From Macrostomum hystrix (lineage: Eukaryota; Animalia; Platyhelminthes), in assembly GCA_950097015.1 (NCBI GenBank), contig CATNEN010000038.1, positions 4,588,001-4,652,000 of the forward strand: a stretch of 64,000 nt of DNA. Direction: 5' to 3'. This document shows, one piece after another, positions 61,001 to 64,000 of the stretch. The stretch's first letter is position 1. Each line of letters starts with the position of its first letter. A program made the translations under genes and the position numbers. The notes beneath the pieces were generated by a model. That model ran no database searches, had not been told where the DNA came from, and was given only the letters and a program-made list of their open reading frames with translations.

Positions 61001-63392
61001 CATGTACTTTGCCTGGCTAGGCGCCTACAACATGTGGCTGCTGCCCATATCCCTGCTAGGCTTAGTAGCTTCTATATACGGCGTTGCAACCGCTTGGACT
61101 GACGAAACTGTCAATCATATTTGCGACGAAAGAACTGGCGCCGGCGGCCTTGACATGTGCCCAGTTTGTGACGGCGCCTGCGGCTATTGGAAACTAAGCG
61201 AGAGCTGCACTTATTCTTACATTGTACACGTGTTCGATAACAAAGCATCCGTGCTATTCGCTGGCCTAGTTTCATTGTGGGCCACCTGCTTCTTGGAGTT
61301 CTGGAAGAGGCGACAATTTGTGCTCCAGTACAAATGGGACGTGGCCACGTGCAATATGGACGAGGTAGGTAGGACTGGTTCCATATGGTTCACTGACACC
61401 TGTACTTTCCATATGGTTCACTCTAGCACCTGTTATTTCCCACCTGGTTCACTCTAGCACCTGTTATTTCCTACCTGGTTCACTCCAGCACCTGTTATTT
61501 CCCACCTGGTTCACTCCAGCACCTGTTATTTCCCACCTGGTTCACTCCAGCACCTGTTATTTCCCACCTGGTTCACTCCAGCACCTGTTATTTCCCACCT
61601 GGTTCACTCCAGCACCTGTTATTTCCCACCTGGTTCAATCCAGCACCTGTTATTTCCCACCTGGTTCACTCCATCACCTGTTATTTCCCACCTGGTTCAC
61701 TCTAGCACCTGTTATTTCCTACCTGGTTCACTCCAGCACCTGTTATTTCCCACCTGGTTCACTCCAGCACCTGTTATTTCCCACCTGGTTCACTCCAGCA
61801 CCTGTTATTTCCCACCTGGTTCACTCCAGCACCTGTTATTTCCCACCTGGTTCACTCCAGCACCTGTTATTTCCCACCTGGTTCAATCCAGCACCTGTTA
61901 TTTCCCACCTGGTTCACTCCATCACCTGTTATTTCCCACCTGGTTCACTCCAGCACCTGTTATTTCCCACCTGGTTCACTCCAGCACCTGTTATTTCCCA
62001 CCTGGTTCACTCCAGCACCTGTTATTTCCCACCTGGTTCAATCCAGCACCTGTTATTTCCCACCTGGTTCACTCCATCACCTGTTATTTCCCACCTGGTT
62101 TACTCTAGCACCTGTTATTTCCCACCTGGTTTACTCTAGCACCTGTTATTTCCCACCTGGTTTACTCTAGCACCTGTTATTTCCCACCTGGTTTACTCTA
62201 GCACCTGTTATTTCCCACCTGGTTTACTCTAGCACCTGTTATTTCCCACCTGGTTCACTCTAGCACCTGTTATTTCCCACCTGGTTTAATCTAGCACCTG
62301 TTATTTCCCACCTGGTTTACTCTAGCACCTGTTATTTCCCACCTGGTTCACTCTAGCACCTGTTATTTCCCACCTGGTTCACTCTAGCACCTGTTATTTC
62401 CCACCTGGTTTACTCTAGCACCTGTTATTTCCCACCTGGTTTACTCTAGCACCTGTTATTTCCCACCTGGTTTGCTCTAGCACCTGTTATTTCCCACCTG
62501 GTTTACTCTAGCACCTGTTATTTCCCACCTGGTTCACTCTAGCACCTGTTATTTCCCACCTGGTTCACTCTAGCACCTGTTATTTCCCACCTGGTTCACT
62601 CCATCACCTGTTATTTCCCACCTGGTTCACTCCAGCACCTGTTATTTCCCACCTGGTTTACTCTAGCACCTGTTATTTCCCACCTGGTTCACTCCAGCAC
62701 CTGTTATTTCCCACCAGGTTCACTCTAGCACCTGTTATATTCTATGCAGTTTACTCTAGCACCTGATATTCACCACCTGGTTCACTCTGGCACCTGTTAT
62801 TCACCACCTGGTTCACTCTAGCACCTGTTATTTCCCACCTGGTTCACTCTAGCACCTGTTATTTTCCACCTGGTTCACTCTAGCACCTGTTATTTACTCC
62901 ATATATTTACCCATTTAGATTTACCCATTTAGATTTACCCATACATCGCATACGCAGGTGCCCCGCCCAGAGTTCCGCCAGTCGTGCCCACTACTCCGCG
63001 GCTCTCGCTACTTCTTCAGCCTCATCACCGTGGCTTTCATGATGGCGCTGGTTCTAGCCGTACTTGTTGGCGTCATTACCTACCGGGTTGCTATGCTGGT
63101 GGTGTTTTCATCTATCAAAAGCCTGGATGTGCTCATGAGTCACCTGCGCCTGCTCACAACAGTCACGGCGGCTTGCATCAATTTCGCGTGCATTCTGCTG
63201 CTAAATCAGCTTTATAAAAAGCTGGCCATGTGGCTAACAGCTCTTGAGCGGCCTCGCACCGAAATTGACTTCGAAGACTCTTTCACCATCAAGATGTACT
63301 GCTTTCAGTTTGTTAATTATTATTCCTCTCTGTTCTACATCGCCTTCGTTAAAGGAGCCTTCACTGGACGGCCGGGCCAGTATGCCAGGTTG
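58017..63392 (+). CDS. Anoctamin/TMEM16 family protein, 5' part; exons 58017-58468, 59028-59550, 60996-61364, 62958-~63388/63392; continues beyond the window
   Basis: KIDFVLTY, LHATF.LL, FFTSAQRS, AYPLHDG, QPL.LIRRYFGEKVAMYFAWLG, MCPVCD..C.YWKLSESC, FDN, FLEFWKRRQ, PRPEF, ERPRT...FEDSFTIKMYCFQFVNYYSSLFYIAFVKG. Confidence 0.92.
58633..58972. repeat. 33-bp intronic minisatellite CAGCCTCAGTCTAAAACCTTCAGGTTAGCCCAC
   Basis: Visible array. Confidence 0.9.
59630..60795. repeat. ~24-bp intronic minisatellite TAGCTATTGCATTACTGTAGC(C/T)G
   Basis: Visible array. Confidence 0.95.
61385..62895. repeat. ~32-bp intronic minisatellite CACCTGGTTCACTCCAGCACCTGTTATTTCC
   Basis: Visible array. Confidence 0.95.
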
Positions 63393-63419
63393 GTAAGGGG
63401 CCTTGGTATGCCTATGATG

Positions 63420-64000
63420 GGGTGATGGTTTCGGATAATCTAATGAGGGGTGAGATTTTCGGATAATCTATGAGGGGTGAGATTTTCGGATAATCTATGA
63501 GGGGTGAGATTTTCGGATAATCTAATGAGGGGTGAGATTTTCGGATAATCTAATGAGGGGTGAGATTTTCGGATAATCTAATAAGGGGTGAGATTTTCGG
63601 AAAATCTAATGAGGGGAGAGATTTTCGGATAATCTAATGAGGGGTGAGATTTTCGGATAATCTATGAGGGGTTAAGAGTTTCGGATAATCTAATGAGGGG
63701 TGAGATTTTCGGATAATCTATGAGGGGTTAAGAGTTTCGGATAATCTAATGAGGGGTGAGATTTTCGGATAATCTAATGAGGGGTGAGATATTCGGATAA
63801 TCTATGAGGGGTTAAGAGTTTCGGATAATCTAATAAGGGGTGAGATTTTCGGATAATCCAATGAGGGGTGTGATTTTCGAATAATCTAATGAGGGGTGAG
63901 ATTTTCGGATAATCTAATGAGGGGTGAGATTTTCGGATATTCTATGAGGGGTTGAGAGTTTCGGATAATCTAAAAGGGGTTGAGATTTTCGGATAATCTA
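63420..64000. repeat. ~27-28-bp intronic minisatellite GGGGTGAGATTTTCGGATAATCTAATGA
   Basis: Visible array running off the window. Confidence 0.92.

Overview
Eukaryotic (invertebrate metazoan-like) genomic DNA, very rich in minisatellites. Five spliced host genes can be reconstructed by hand: an unknown 5-exon gene (minus, 8-5433), a THIK/KCNK12-13-type two-pore K+ channel (plus, 8553-25026), the Golgi SNARE GOSR1/Gos28 (minus), a 12-exon ionotropic glutamate receptor-like gene (minus) and the 5' part of an anoctamin/TMEM16 gene (plus). The most striking object lies in intron 1 of the K+ channel: a young 4.9-kb Penelope-like retroelement (RT + GIY-YIG) embedded in long, near-perfect (GATA)n arrays. 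It is bounded by apparently identical 250-bp direct repeats that each carry a minimal hammerhead ribozyme, and a third solo repeat lies nearby. Its ORF1 (Arg-rich N-terminus, degenerate SGNH-like C-terminus) overlaps the ATG-less RT ORF at an A_AAA_AAC slippery heptamer plus hairpin, predicting a -1 ribosomal frameshift. The Zn-finger/GIY-YIG module appears to precede, rather than follow, the post-RT linker motifs. Also present are a 4.06-kb foldback element with a 9-bp TSD built from head-to-head 178-bp tandem arrays, two tRNA-derived SINE families and several MITE-like elements. 17 of 22 reconstructed introns contain their own tandem repeat. All calls come from manual reading; no searches were run.
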